Assembly: GCA_023260395.1 (NCBI GenBank)
Contig: JALQVI010000003.1
Coordinates: forward strand, 1-59,877
DNA length: 59,877 bases
Source of the DNA: Candidatus Nanopelagicales bacterium
GTDB lineage: Bacteria > Actinomycetota > Actinomycetes > S36-B12 > UBA5976
Direction: 5' to 3'
The position numbers were made by a program, and so were the translations under genes. The notes beneath the pieces were generated by a model, which ran no database searches, had not been told where the DNA came from, and saw only the letters and a list, made by a program, of their open reading frames with translations. Positions 19,839 through 28,411 of the stretch are shown here, one piece after another. The stretch's first letter is position 1. The number at the start of each line of letters is the position of its first letter.

Positions 19839-19962
19839 TCTCTCCTCTTCTGTCGCAGTCTGCTTCAGAATCGCTTAATCCACGTAGTCCTTTTGCCTGA
19901 GAGGTTCTGAGGAGAGTTGCCCCTTCGGCGACGTGGAAAACGTTCTCTCCCACGTGGATTAA
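19839..19962 (-). ncRNA. Glycine riboswitch (one full aptamer plus degenerate 3' element)
   Basis: Minus strand: TTAATCCACGTG-GGAGAG...CGCCGAAGGGGCAA...ACCTCTCAGG-CAAAAGGAC-TACGTGGATTAA (long P1 stem; aptamer 19875-19962), in gcvP leader. Confidence 0.92.
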
Positions 19963-20006
19963 CTAGCAAACATCACACTAGTACGAAAAGCTGCAGAATG
20001 TGGAAC

Positions 20007-20624
20007 TTATTCGCCAATTGCGCGAGCACGTCGACGAGCTGACAACTCATCCATCGCGGCAACTTCTTCGCTCACGCCACCATCTGTACGTTCGCCTGGC
20101 AGTTGGGAAAGGCTGCCTTCGATTTCTTGCCACACACGGCCAACAGCAATACCGAATACACCCTGCCCACCGGCAAGTAAGTCGATAACTTCGTCTGCAG
20201 ATGTGCATTCATAAACCGATGCACCATCGCTCATGAGGGTTACCTGGGTTAAATCTGTAGTGCCACGCACACGCAAGTGCTCAACGGCGCTACGAATCTG
20301 CTGGAGTGAAACGCCAGTGTCGAGAAGACGTTTCACGATTTTAAGTTCGAGAATGTCACGGAACCCGTACAAACGAGCAGTTCCTGATCCTGTGGCAGGT
20401 CGTACGGTTGGTGCAACTAAGCCGGTACGGGCCCAGTAATCGAGCTGGCGGTATGTAATGCCAACCACGCCAGCAGCTACTGGTCCGCGGTAGCCAACTT
20501 CGATGACTTCACTTGAGTGCTGGTCGCTGATCAAACCTTGTTCGGCTGCCTGAGCAAGTGCTTCTGCGCGCGCGGCATCGTCGGTAGATACTGACGCCGA
20601 ATCCGGCGTAGTGAGATCTGACAT
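20007..20624 (-). CDS. MerR-family regulator (Rv1830-like)
   Basis: GYRGP....VGITYRQLDYWARTGLV.P, LKIVKRLLDTGVSLQQIR, GGQGVFGIA, DELSARR; ATG 20624 after AAGGAG. Confidence 0.92.
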   Translation of the reverse strand: MSDLTTPDSASVSTDDAARAEALAQAAEQGLISDQHSSEVIEVGYRGPVAAGVVGITYRQLDYWARTGLVAPTVRPATGSGTARLYGFRDILELKIVKRLLDTGVSLQQIRSAVEHLRVRGTTDLTQVTLMSDGASVYECTSADEVIDLLAGGQGVFGIAVGRVWQEIEGSLSQLPGERTDGGVSEEVAAMDELSARRRARAIGE

Positions 20625-20686
20625 TGCGTCATCTCCTTGCAACCAGGGTGCTGGAATTAACCAAACACGGGGAACCTGTGTCACCC

Positions 20687-20715
20687 ACACTAGGACCGTT
20701 GATATATCGAGTCAA
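20687..20715 (-). promoter_or_regulatory. Sigma-A type promoter of the MerR gene
   Basis: Minus strand TTGACT-N17-TAGTGT. Confidence 0.7.
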
Positions 20716-20744
20716 AGACAAACGCCTGCGACACGCCGAAGTCT

Positions 20745-20769
20745 TAACCTAAATCTCTACTTGAGGGTT
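20745..20769. promoter_or_regulatory. Putative FtsR-type operator
   Basis: TAACCTAAATCTCTACTTGAGGGTT, imperfect inverted repeat resembling the recalled Corynebacterium FtsR box; about 30 bp upstream of the -35. Confidence 0.5.
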
Positions 20770-22428
20770 TGGCTGAGAGTTTTTCTCAATGATTACGGCA
20801 CTATTTGCTGGCAGGCTCACCATGTGTGTTTGCGAAGCCAGATCTTCCCATTCTTGGGCCTCTGGATTACTGGCAATCAAAACGCGGCCTTCAACGTCAA
20901 TGGCAACCGTTTCGGATCCCGAATTCAGAACACAGATGACGTGATGTGCTCGTTCGATGAACCACAGCGAGCCATCTAACGTCAGATCGGTCGCAGCCAT
21001 GGAATCATTCCAGGCCGGATGGTCGTGACGCAGTGTGAGCATTTGGCGATAAAGGTTCAGCGTGCTGTGCGGGTCAGATTCTTGCAGGTCTGCGGCAATC
21101 GGTGTCCAGCTCGCATCTTGCGGAATCCAGAGTTTGTCGGCTGTCGAGAACCCAAAATTGGCTTCTTGTGATTGCCACGGAATGGGAACTCGGCAACCGT
21201 CTCGGCCCGGATTAGTTTGGCCACTTCGCTGCCAAATTGGATCTATACGAGATTCAGGAGGCACAAATCCGTCTCCAAGCCCGAGTTCGTCACCTTGGTA
21301 GATGTACATGCTGCCTGGCAATGTTGCACACACCAAAGCCATGGCGCGAGCCTTTGCTAACCCTTCGGCTCCCCCGCCATATCGAGTTGCCACGCGCGCA
21401 TTGTCATGGTTGGACAACACCCACGTTGGGCTGGCATGGAATTCAATGGCGTTGGTGATGATTCGTTTGGCGGTTACATGTAGCGTCTCTGCGTTGAACG
21501 GAACCACCATGAAGTCGAAGTTGAATACTTGGCCGAGACTTCGGGCATATTCCATGGCTCGCTCGGTTGGATAAGCCCACGCTTCGGCAACGGCAAAGCG
21601 GTCGCCTTGGTAACTTCCTAAGATCTCTCGCCAGTGGCGCAAATAGTCGTGGACTTCGTCTCTATCAAAAATCGGTGAGTCAATCAGAAATTCGCGGACC
21701 TCGCGAGAAGCCTCCGGGTTTTCGGGGTCGTACAAATCTAAACGAATGGCATCCACTAACTTTTGTGGTTGCTCGCGATTGGCATAGGACATGTCTTTGG
21801 CCAGCGCTAGTGCCACATCCACTCGAAAACCATCCACCCCGCGATCGAGCCAGAAACGTAAAGTTGCATCAAAGTCATCGATGACTTCTTGATTAGTCCA
21901 ATTGACATCAGGTTGGCCGGAATCAAAAAGATGCAGGTACCACTGCCCTGGTGTGCCATCGGGTTCGGTTACTTGTGTCCACGCTGGTCCTCCAAAAACA
22001 GAAATCCAATTATTGGGTGGTCCATCGGAAGTGCCATCCCGAAAATGAAAGCGTTTCCGTTCCTTGTTGTTTGGTGGGCTAGCAAGAGCCTCGTGAAACC
22101 ATTTGTGCTCGCGAGACACATGATTAGGAACAACATCGACGATTACCCGAATGCTGGTCTCGTGTGCATGTGCGATGAGTGAGTCAAAATCATTCAAAGT
22201 GCCAAGACTGGGATCTACATCGCGAGGATTTGAAATGTCGTACCCGCTGTCACACATCGGCGATGGATAAAACGGTGACAGCCAAATTGCGTCTACTCCA
22301 AGACTCTTGAGATACGGCAGTTTTGCTTGAACGCCAGCCAAATCACCAATGCCATCAGAGTTGCTGTCAAAGAATGACCGCGGGTACACCTGGTAGACAA
22401 CCGCTCCTGACCACCACGTATTTGTCAT
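20749..22428 (-). CDS. GH13 alpha-glucosidase
   Basis: WW..AVVYQVYPRSF.D, DVVPNH, catalytic GFRVDVA / AEAW / SNHD, YQGDELG, GRDGCRVPIPW. Confidence 0.93.
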   Translation of the reverse strand: MTNTWWSGAVVYQVYPRSFFDSNSDGIGDLAGVQAKLPYLKSLGVDAIWLSPFYPSPMCDSGYDISNPRDVDPSLGTLNDFDSLIAHAHETSIRVIVDVVPNHVSREHKWFHEALASPPNNKERKRFHFRDGTSDGPPNNWISVFGGPAWTQVTEPDGTPGQWYLHLFDSGQPDVNWTNQEVIDDFDATLRFWLDRGVDGFRVDVALALAKDMSYANREQPQKLVDAIRLDLYDPENPEASREVREFLIDSPIFDRDEVHDYLRHWREILGSYQGDRFAVAEAWAYPTERAMEYARSLGQVFNFDFMVVPFNAETLHVTAKRIITNAIEFHASPTWVLSNHDNARVATRYGGGAEGLAKARAMALVCATLPGSMYIYQGDELGLGDGFVPPESRIDPIWQRSGQTNPGRDGCRVPIPWQSQEANFGFSTADKLWIPQDASWTPIAADLQESDPHSTLNLYRQMLTLRHDHPAWNDSMAATDLTLDGSLWFIERAHHVICVLNSGSETVAIDVEGRVLIASNPEAQEWEDLASQTHMVSLPANSAVIIEKNSQPNPQVEI

Positions 22429-23420
22429 GGAATGTGCCGCATTGAGCTACCACGAACAATCAGTGAAGTAGGCATCACAACGGATGCGTTGCCTTCACTC
22501 TTTGACGTGGCTTGCCATGTAGCAAGTTCTCCTAGTGATGCAACAGGTTGCGCGATGGTCGTTAGGTCCCAGGCTTCGGACAAGTCATGGTTGTCGATAC
22601 CGCCGACACTTAGGTCTTCTGGAATTCGCAACCCGTGCATCCGTGCTGCGGTCATAACGCCGAAAGCTAACTCGTCGCTTTCGGCAACGATAGCTGTTGG
22701 TGGATTTGGCAAAGAAAACAAGCGCTCCATAGCCCGCTGGGCACCTCGAATGGAAAAGTCTGTATCGACTTCAAGTTCAGGATCTGGACGTAATCCATTG
22801 TCGTTAAGTGCGGCATGGAAACCTTTACGGCGGTTAACGGCCACCATGCTTGGTGTTGGATCAAATGGTGCGCTACTGATTAATCCAATTCGGGAATGAC
22901 CCTGTTCAATGAAATGTGCTGTTAACTGGCGCGCAGCATCGACATCATCGATCGAGACATTCGGTACATGTGCATGTGTGGTTCCCAACAGCGAAAGTCC
23001 AATTCCGCGTTCTTTGAGTGTTGCAACCTCAAGGTCGGTTACCGGCAGACTTACAACGACGGCTGCGTCGATGACATTGCTATCGAGTAGATCAACCAAA
23101 CTACGACGACGGTTCTGGCGATCAAACGGTCGCACCAACATGACTTCGCCTTCACGATCCGAAAGCACACTCTCGATACCTTCGAGCACTTGTGCGAAAT
23201 ACCAGCGTCCTATGTGAGGCATCACTGCGGCCACGCGTATCGGTCGGGTACGAAGTGCAGCCTCTGAGCGAAACGGCAAAATGTATTCCAAATCAGCCGC
23301 TGCAGCTTCTACGCGGTCCTTGGTAGCAGCCGATACGGTGCTGTGACCGCGCAATGCGCGGCTGACAGTTGCAACGCTGACATCAGCCAATTTTGCGACA
23401 TCCCGAATGGTTACACCCAT
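22425..23420 (-). CDS. LacI-family transcriptional regulator
   Basis: TIRDVAKLADVSVATVSRAL HTH; PTAI...SDELAFG, GLRIPEDLSVGGIDN, LTTIAQP. Confidence 0.95.
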   Translation of the reverse strand: MGVTIRDVAKLADVSVATVSRALRGHSTVSAATKDRVEAAAADLEYILPFRSEAALRTRPIRVAAVMPHIGRWYFAQVLEGIESVLSDREGEVMLVRPFDRQNRRRSLVDLLDSNVIDAAVVVSLPVTDLEVATLKERGIGLSLLGTTHAHVPNVSIDDVDAARQLTAHFIEQGHSRIGLISSAPFDPTPSMVAVNRRKGFHAALNDNGLRPDPELEVDTDFSIRGAQRAMERLFSLPNPPTAIVAESDELAFGVMTAARMHGLRIPEDLSVGGIDNHDLSEAWDLTTIAQPVASLGELATWQATSKSEGNASVVMPTSLIVRGSSMRHIP

Positions 23421-23443
23421 CGAAAGCCTCCTATGCGGCCAGT

Positions 23444-23457
23444 GTTAGAACGCTAAG
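23444..23457. promoter_or_regulatory. Possible LacI-family operator between lacI and pfkB
   Basis: GTTAGAACGCTAAG: TTAG/CTAA dyad with CG near the centre, in the divergent intergenic region. Confidence 0.35.
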
Positions 23458-23500
23458 TTAGATACACCAGAAAGTGTAAGCCGTGCGGGAGGGTTCTGTC

Positions 23501-24421
23501 GTGGCAGTTGTAACAGTTATTGGCGAAGTCGTCCTTGACCGATTCATTACAGGTGACTCAATTACGGATGTTGCAGGTGGAAGTTCCGCAAATACCGCAC
23601 TTGCTATGCACGTTGCAAACCATGACGTACGGCTGAGGGCGCGATATTCAAACGACGACTCTGGACAGTTCTTGAAAACAGCAGCACGTAACGCTGGGCT
23701 AAACATCGAAGAGTCGGTCATCGCTTACGAACCAGCCACAACTGTCGACATCGTGCTTTCCGACGACGGTGCACCTGCCTACACGTTCACAATGGATGGA
23801 ACCGCTGATTGGCAATGGACGCAATCAGAATTAGCAACACCATTAGCGCCCAATACTCAAGCAATCGTTACAGGTTCACTCGTAAGCGTGTTCACCCCTG
23901 GCTGCGACGAAATATTTAGCTGGGCCCAAAAACAACGCAACGTCGGCATCCTGCTCGCCTACGACCCAAATGCACGACCCAGTGCTGTCAATCCTGAGCA
24001 GGCTGATCTCATACGCGAGCGCATTATTCGTTGGGTTAGTAACAGCGACGTCGTGAAAGTTTCCGACGAAGACTTAGCGTGGATTTCGCCAAGAGAAAGC
24101 GCGCATGAGGTCGCTTCACAATGGTCACAACGTGGACCGCGACTTGTTGTACTGACTGCTGGTTCCCGAGGTGCGTGGGCGTATGCCGATGGTGTTGAGT
24201 TTGGTCATGTTGCTGCGCCGGTGATTGAGGTCGTTGACACTGTTGGTGCCGGAGATACGTTGATGGCGTGGCTAGTTTCTGGACTAGTCGACAGTGATTC
24301 AGAAGTGCGATTTACCGCTTCCAATGTGTTGCAGGTATTGACTCAAGCTGTTCACGCTGCAGCAGTTACTTGTACGCGAAAAGGTTGTCGTCCACCAGTC
24401 GCGTCTGAAGTTTTTAGCTAA
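23501..24421 (+). CDS. PfkB-family carbohydrate kinase (fructokinase-like)
   Basis: VIGE..LD, GGSSANTA, YDPNAR, VKVSDEDL, VVDTVGAGD; GTG 23501 after GGGAGG. Confidence 0.9.
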   Translation: MAVVTVIGEVVLDRFITGDSITDVAGGSSANTALAMHVANHDVRLRARYSNDDSGQFLKTAARNAGLNIEESVIAYEPATTVDIVLSDDGAPAYTFTMDGTADWQWTQSELATPLAPNTQAIVTGSLVSVFTPGCDEIFSWAQKQRNVGILLAYDPNARPSAVNPEQADLIRERIIRWVSNSDVVKVSDEDLAWISPRESAHEVASQWSQRGPRLVVLTAGSRGAWAYADGVEFGHVAAPVIEVVDTVGAGDTLMAWLVSGLVDSDSEVRFTASNVLQVLTQAVHAAAVTCTRKGCRPPVASEVFS

Positions 24422-24887
24422 AGTCTTCAGGATTAATTTCGTCTAGAAATGCCCGGAACTTTTCGAGCTCTTCATCCGACTCTTCTTCTTCATCTTCGAT
24501 GATGTCGAGTGCGGCTTCATCCATTACTTCGTCGCTGACGAAAACTGGAGCGCCGGATTGCAAGGCCAATGCGACAGCATCGCTTGGGCGAGCGCTGATG
24601 GAATCGTGATTCGCAAAATTCACGGTGGCGTAAAACGTTCCTTCGAGCAATTCAGTGATCGTTACAGAAATTACCTTTTCGCCAAGGTTAGCGATGACAT
24701 TTGCCAGTAGTTCGTGAGTCAAAGGACGACTGGATCGTGTATTGGTCAAAAGTAGTGTGATCGCTTTAGCTTCGTTTTCGCCAATCCACAAAGGAAGATA
24801 ACGCGGAAATTCTTGGTCGCGAAGAATGAGAACGGGTTGATTGCCGGGCAACTCTAGGCGAACGCCAACAACATCAACAGGTATCAC
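24414..24887 (-). CDS. Bifunctional nuclease family protein (DUF151)
   Basis: VVGVRLELP.NQP, LPLWIG..EA.AI, RPLTHEL, SARPSDAVALAL, EKFRAFLD...PEDF. Confidence 0.92.
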   Translation of the reverse strand: MIPVDVVGVRLELPGNQPVLILRDQEFPRYLPLWIGENEAKAITLLLTNTRSSRPLTHELLANVIANLGEKVISVTITELLEGTFYATVNFANHDSISARPSDAVALALQSGAPVFVSDEVMDEAALDIIEDEEEESDEELEKFRAFLDEINPEDFS

Positions 24888-24905
24888 AATAAAGATTCTA
24901 CGCGC

Positions 24906-25637
24906 TTAGGACTGTTGGTCGATCAGGCTACGAATAAGAAGTTCATGCAACTGCAAAATGGAATTAGCTAGTTGAAGCGTGAGCTCCTCGGCTTGGGCAG
25001 CGGAAGCACCGTTCTTTCCGGTGCGAGCAGCTGTTACCAGTGGTGTGAACAAATCGATTTCGCGACTGGCGCTGGACAGAACAGTTTTCAAATGGCGAGG
25101 TTCAAGCCCGAATGTCCCCAGCTGAACACTTGTGCGAACCACACCTAAAGCATTGGCATCAAAGTGACCAGTGGCATCAGGGGTAATTAATCCGAAGTCT
25201 TGAAGTTGTGACACAAGTGTCTCTGAAGCTGCGCCATGTTCAATCAATTCACGCTCAGTTAGACGGATTGCGGTCGGTGCCGCTGCACGTTCAAGAGCGT
25301 CTGTGCTTTCTAGAGCTCGAGGCGGTGTTGGTTTCGTCGACTCTGGTGTTGGTGCCTGTAGCCCTCGATCCATAGCATCGAGATTTTCGCGGATGACCTT
25401 TAACGGCAAAAAATGATCACGTTGCATGCGCAATACGTAACGAAGACGTTCGACATCAACGCGTGAAAATTTGCGATATCCGCTTGGGGTACGTTCTGGA
25501 GTTACCAGGCTGTTGGCCTCAAGAAAACGAATCTTGGAAATAGAAATATCAGGAAATTCATCACGCAGTCGCGTGAGCACTTCACCGATACTAAAGAGCG
25601 CTTCGTGGGAAATGCGCTGTGCTTCTGAGTTGCTCAC
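24906..25637 (-). CDS. ftsR: MerR-like regulator FtsR (Rv1828-like)
   Basis: SIGEVL..L..EFPDISISKIRFLE, RTPSGYRKF, QRDHFLPLKVI, GLEPRHL; directly after garA. Confidence 0.88.
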   Translation of the reverse strand: MSNSEAQRISHEALFSIGEVLTRLRDEFPDISISKIRFLEANSLVTPERTPSGYRKFSRVDVERLRYVLRMQRDHFLPLKVIRENLDAMDRGLQAPTPESTKPTPPRALESTDALERAAAPTAIRLTERELIEHGAASETLVSQLQDFGLITPDATGHFDANALGVVRTSVQLGTFGLEPRHLKTVLSSASREIDLFTPLVTAARTGKNGASAAQAEELTLQLANSILQLHELLIRSLIDQQS

Positions 25638-26126
25638 TTACTCACCTGTTGCGGCAGATAAATAAACAAAACGGTATTTTCCAATTTGGACTTCGTCGTT
25701 TTCGGCTAATTCTTGGGAATCCACACGCTTGCGATTTACGTAGGTTCCGTTGAGGCTGCCGGCGTCCGTAATAACCCACGTTGCACCATTAAATTCCAAT
25801 GATGCATGTTTACGTGACACAGTGACATCGTCAAGGAAAACACCGCTTTCAGGCGACCGACCAATCGTGATGGGTTCAGTCTTTCGAACATCAAGTGGGA
25901 ACCGCACGCCTTCGAGAGCACCTCGATGCACTACCAAGAAGGCTGAGCCAGTTGGGAGCGCGCCGAGTGCTTCAATGTCAGCTAGCGAAATCTCGCTGGT
26001 ATCTGTTTCTGTGACCAGCGAGATTACGCTCGTGTCTGAAGTTGTGCCAAGTGCAGCACCGCATGACGAACAGAAGCGAGAGGCAGCGTCATTAACGTTT
26101 CCGCAAACTACGCATACTGTCGTCAT
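25638..26126 (-). CDS. garA: FHA-domain protein GarA/OdhI family with N-terminal zinc ribbon
   Basis: IGRSPES.VFLDDVTVSRKHA, DAGSLNGTYVNR, VQIGKYR; CxxC...CxxC N-terminus. Confidence 0.88.
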   Translation of the reverse strand: MTTVCVVCGNVNDAASRFCSSCGAALGTTSDTSVISLVTETDTSEISLADIEALGALPTGSAFLVVHRGALEGVRFPLDVRKTEPITIGRSPESGVFLDDVTVSRKHASLEFNGATWVITDAGSLNGTYVNRKRVDSQELAENDEVQIGKYRFVYLSAATGE

Positions 26127-26137
26127 GTTGGTTTGCC

Positions 26138-26527
26138 TTAAGCAGAGATGATTGCGGTGTAGGCAGCTGCGTCCAGAAGTTCAGCACACAATGCGTTGGC
26201 ATCAGCAACTGTCACATCAACAAGCCAACCCTTTGCATAAGGATCTGTGTTGAGTGTTTCTGGTGCGGTTTCAACTGCATCGTTACGAGCAGCAACTACA
26301 CCAGATACAGGTGCATAGATGTCACTCACGCTCTTGGTTGATTCAACCTCACCGCAGGTTGAACCAGCGGTAAGTGTTGCGCCAACTTCTGGCAAGCTGA
26401 CGAAAACGATGTCGCCGAGGGCGTCTTGTGCGTAGTCGGTAATACCGAAGCGCATTGTGGTGGCATCTACAACCTGAACCCATTCGTGCTCAGCGGTGTA
26501 GCAAAGATCTGCAGGTACATTACTCAT
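26138..26527 (-). CDS. gcvH: Glycine cleavage system H protein
   Basis: HEWV, GITDYAQDALGDIVFV, lipoyl site VESTKSVSD, NTDPY..GW. Confidence 0.96.
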   Translation of the reverse strand: MSNVPADLCYTAEHEWVQVVDATTMRFGITDYAQDALGDIVFVSLPEVGATLTAGSTCGEVESTKSVSDIYAPVSGVVAARNDAVETAPETLNTDPYAKGWLVDVTVADANALCAELLDAAAYTAIISA

Positions 26528-26550
26528 GGGATTAGCCTACGACACTCGGG

Positions 26551-27279
26551 CTAAGAAGTGGGTAGCGGTACGACAGCTGACACAGTCGCGTCATCTGTTG
26601 GGGTGATGGTCACAGTACCGCCTCCGGAGCCCACGGTGTCCTCTAATCCCCCAGGAATCTTCATTGCTGGGGTTAAAACGCTCTGGTCGCCTACCGCGGT
26701 AATCGTGATCGGAACTTCTAAAGCGGTTCCCGAGACCGTCACGCCGTTTTCGCTATCGCCAAACCAAGAATTGGCAACCACGCGCACGTCAAGATTGCTA
26801 TCCGAAATCTGGATTGCAGTAGCCCCGGCATCGCGCAGTTCTTGGATGGCATCGAGCAACGTACTCGCAGTCAGATTCCCAGAAATTGCGATTGTTATTC
26901 CTGAGCCGCTGACAGGTTCAGTGCCCGCCAACTTCCCCAGTGCCGTTGCGCGTCGTTTGGCTTCATTGAGCGCTTGATACTGGTCGCCACCGAGCAAGGT
27001 TTCGCGGGCGGTTTCCAAGCGGCTAATTTCTGACTGGAGTCGCGCTTCGCGTTGCGCCAAATCATCGAGCAAACTGACGAGGTCACTTTGGCGTGCGTTT
27101 GCAAGCAATGTGCTCGCTGGGTTACCCCGGATAGCTGCCATCGTTGCAAAACCAAGAACCACGAATAACACGGTGATCATTATTTGAGTTCGGCTCATCG
27201 CTGGTTTCAAACTGCGAATGAGTCGAAACCGTGCCTCAGCAGAAGTTCGCGCCGGTCGTGGCGCACTGTGCATGCCCAT
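26551..27279 (-). CDS. DUF881 membrane protein
   Basis: TM + coiled coil, LAGTEPVSGSGI, LLDAIQELRDAGA.AIQI. Confidence 0.85.
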   Translation of the reverse strand: MGMHSAPRPARTSAEARFRLIRSLKPAMSRTQIMITVLFVVLGFATMAAIRGNPASTLLANARQSDLVSLLDDLAQREARLQSEISRLETARETLLGGDQYQALNEAKRRATALGKLAGTEPVSGSGITIAISGNLTASTLLDAIQELRDAGATAIQISDSNLDVRVVANSWFGDSENGVTVSGTALEVPITITAVGDQSVLTPAMKIPGGLEDTVGSGGGTVTITPTDDATVSAVVPLPTS

Positions 27280-27284
27280 GAAAC

Positions 27285-27617
27285 TTATGCCTTCAACAAA
27301 TGTCGACGAATAGCTGCGACGTTAGCGAAGATGCGCATCGTTAATACGACGACAACACCAGTGGACATTTGAGAGCCAACTCCGAGTTGGTCGCCGAGGA
27401 AAACGATGAGCGCGGCAACCAAGACATTAGACAGGAATGAAATGACGAAAATACGATCGTTGAAGATGCCATCAAGCACGGAACGAAAAGCGCCGAAAAC
27501 CGCATCAAGTGCCGCGACAACGGCAATAGGTAGATAAGGCTGTAACCATAACGGAACCGTTGGATGCAAAATCAAACCAAGGAGCACACCGACGAGTAAG
27601 CCAATTGCTGGAATCAC
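27285..27617 (-). CDS. Small basic protein family (DUF1290)
   Basis: PYLPIAVVAALDAVFG, SFLSNV, GDQLG, RIFANVAAIRR; between two DUF881 genes. Confidence 0.9.
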   Translation of the reverse strand: MIPAIGLLVGVLLGLILHPTVPLWLQPYLPIAVVAALDAVFGAFRSVLDGIFNDRIFVISFLSNVLVAALIVFLGDQLGVGSQMSTGVVVVLTMRIFANVAAIRRHLLKA

Positions 27618-28411
27618 GGTGTTCCTCCTGTGGAATTGTTATCCGTTGTCGCTGCAGGGATTGTGGTGTCACCTGACGTTTGTAGTTCCCAGATTACGCC
27701 GTAACGACTCTGAAGTTCTTCAAGCAAGAGCCCCGCGGAGCTGTCGCGAAAACGTCCCGCCAAAGCTCCGCCGTCTTTGCCAATGGCTTTGATGCGATAG
27801 GGCGGCACAAGTGGCCGGTAATTGACCAGGATTGCTTCGCCTGCGGCGCGAATAGCAGAGGATGACGTGAGGCGACGCTCGTTAATTGAAATTGCTGTGG
27901 CGCCTGATTGCCATAAGCCGTTCACGATGAGCTGTAAATCGCGATCCATGATTTTGCCTGGAGAATTGGCGCCCGTTGGCGCAGTCGGATCGATTTTGGC
28001 GTCTTGAACTGTAATCTCGACGCCTGAACCAGTCACAGGTGTGTAACCAGCAGCTAACTGAAGTCGTGCGAGTCGATCTTGGGCTTGTTGACCAAGTGAA
28101 GTTCCGCTGAGTTGCGCTTGGCTGGCTGCTTGATAGTCACGTTGTGCCTCCAGAGCGAGCTTTTCCAAACTTGAGACTCGAGCATCGGCTTGTTGAACGC
28201 GCGTGATGAGTGCTTGGCGAGTGAGTTGGTTTTGATTCGCATTTTCCGAGGTCGCATGTACGGCAAGACCGAGAATGAACGCAAGTGCGGCGCCACTTAA
28301 ACCAGCCAATACCAGGACAAGCCGAGGTCGAGTTTCGCGAGCGGGAATGCGTTGATAATCCGAAACTAAAGCATCGGCAAGCAAAGCATCGAGAGAAGGA
28401 TTGCTACTCAT
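27614..28411 (-). CDS. DUF881 membrane protein
   Basis: AAGYTPVTGSGV...D, DRDLQLIVNGLWQSGA.AISIN.RRL..SAIRAAG; start taken at ATG 28411 (ATGA overlap) rather than 28702. Confidence 0.85.
   Translation of the reverse strand: MSSNPSLDALLADALVSDYQRIPARETRPRLVLVLAGLSGAALAFILGLAVHATSENANQNQLTRQALITRVQQADARVSSLEKLALEAQRDYQAASQAQLSGTSLGQQAQDRLARLQLAAGYTPVTGSGVEITVQDAKIDPTAPTGANSPGKIMDRDLQLIVNGLWQSGATAISINERRLTSSSAIRAAGEAILVNYRPLVPPYRIKAIGKDGGALAGRFRDSSAGLLLEELQSRYGVIWELQTSGDTTIPAATTDNNSTGGTP

Noticed and set aside
23700..24400. Apparent switch from CA-rich to GT-rich composition inside pfkB
   Set aside because: Judged by eye only and largely explained by the Gly/Val-rich C-terminal region; no breakpoint evidence
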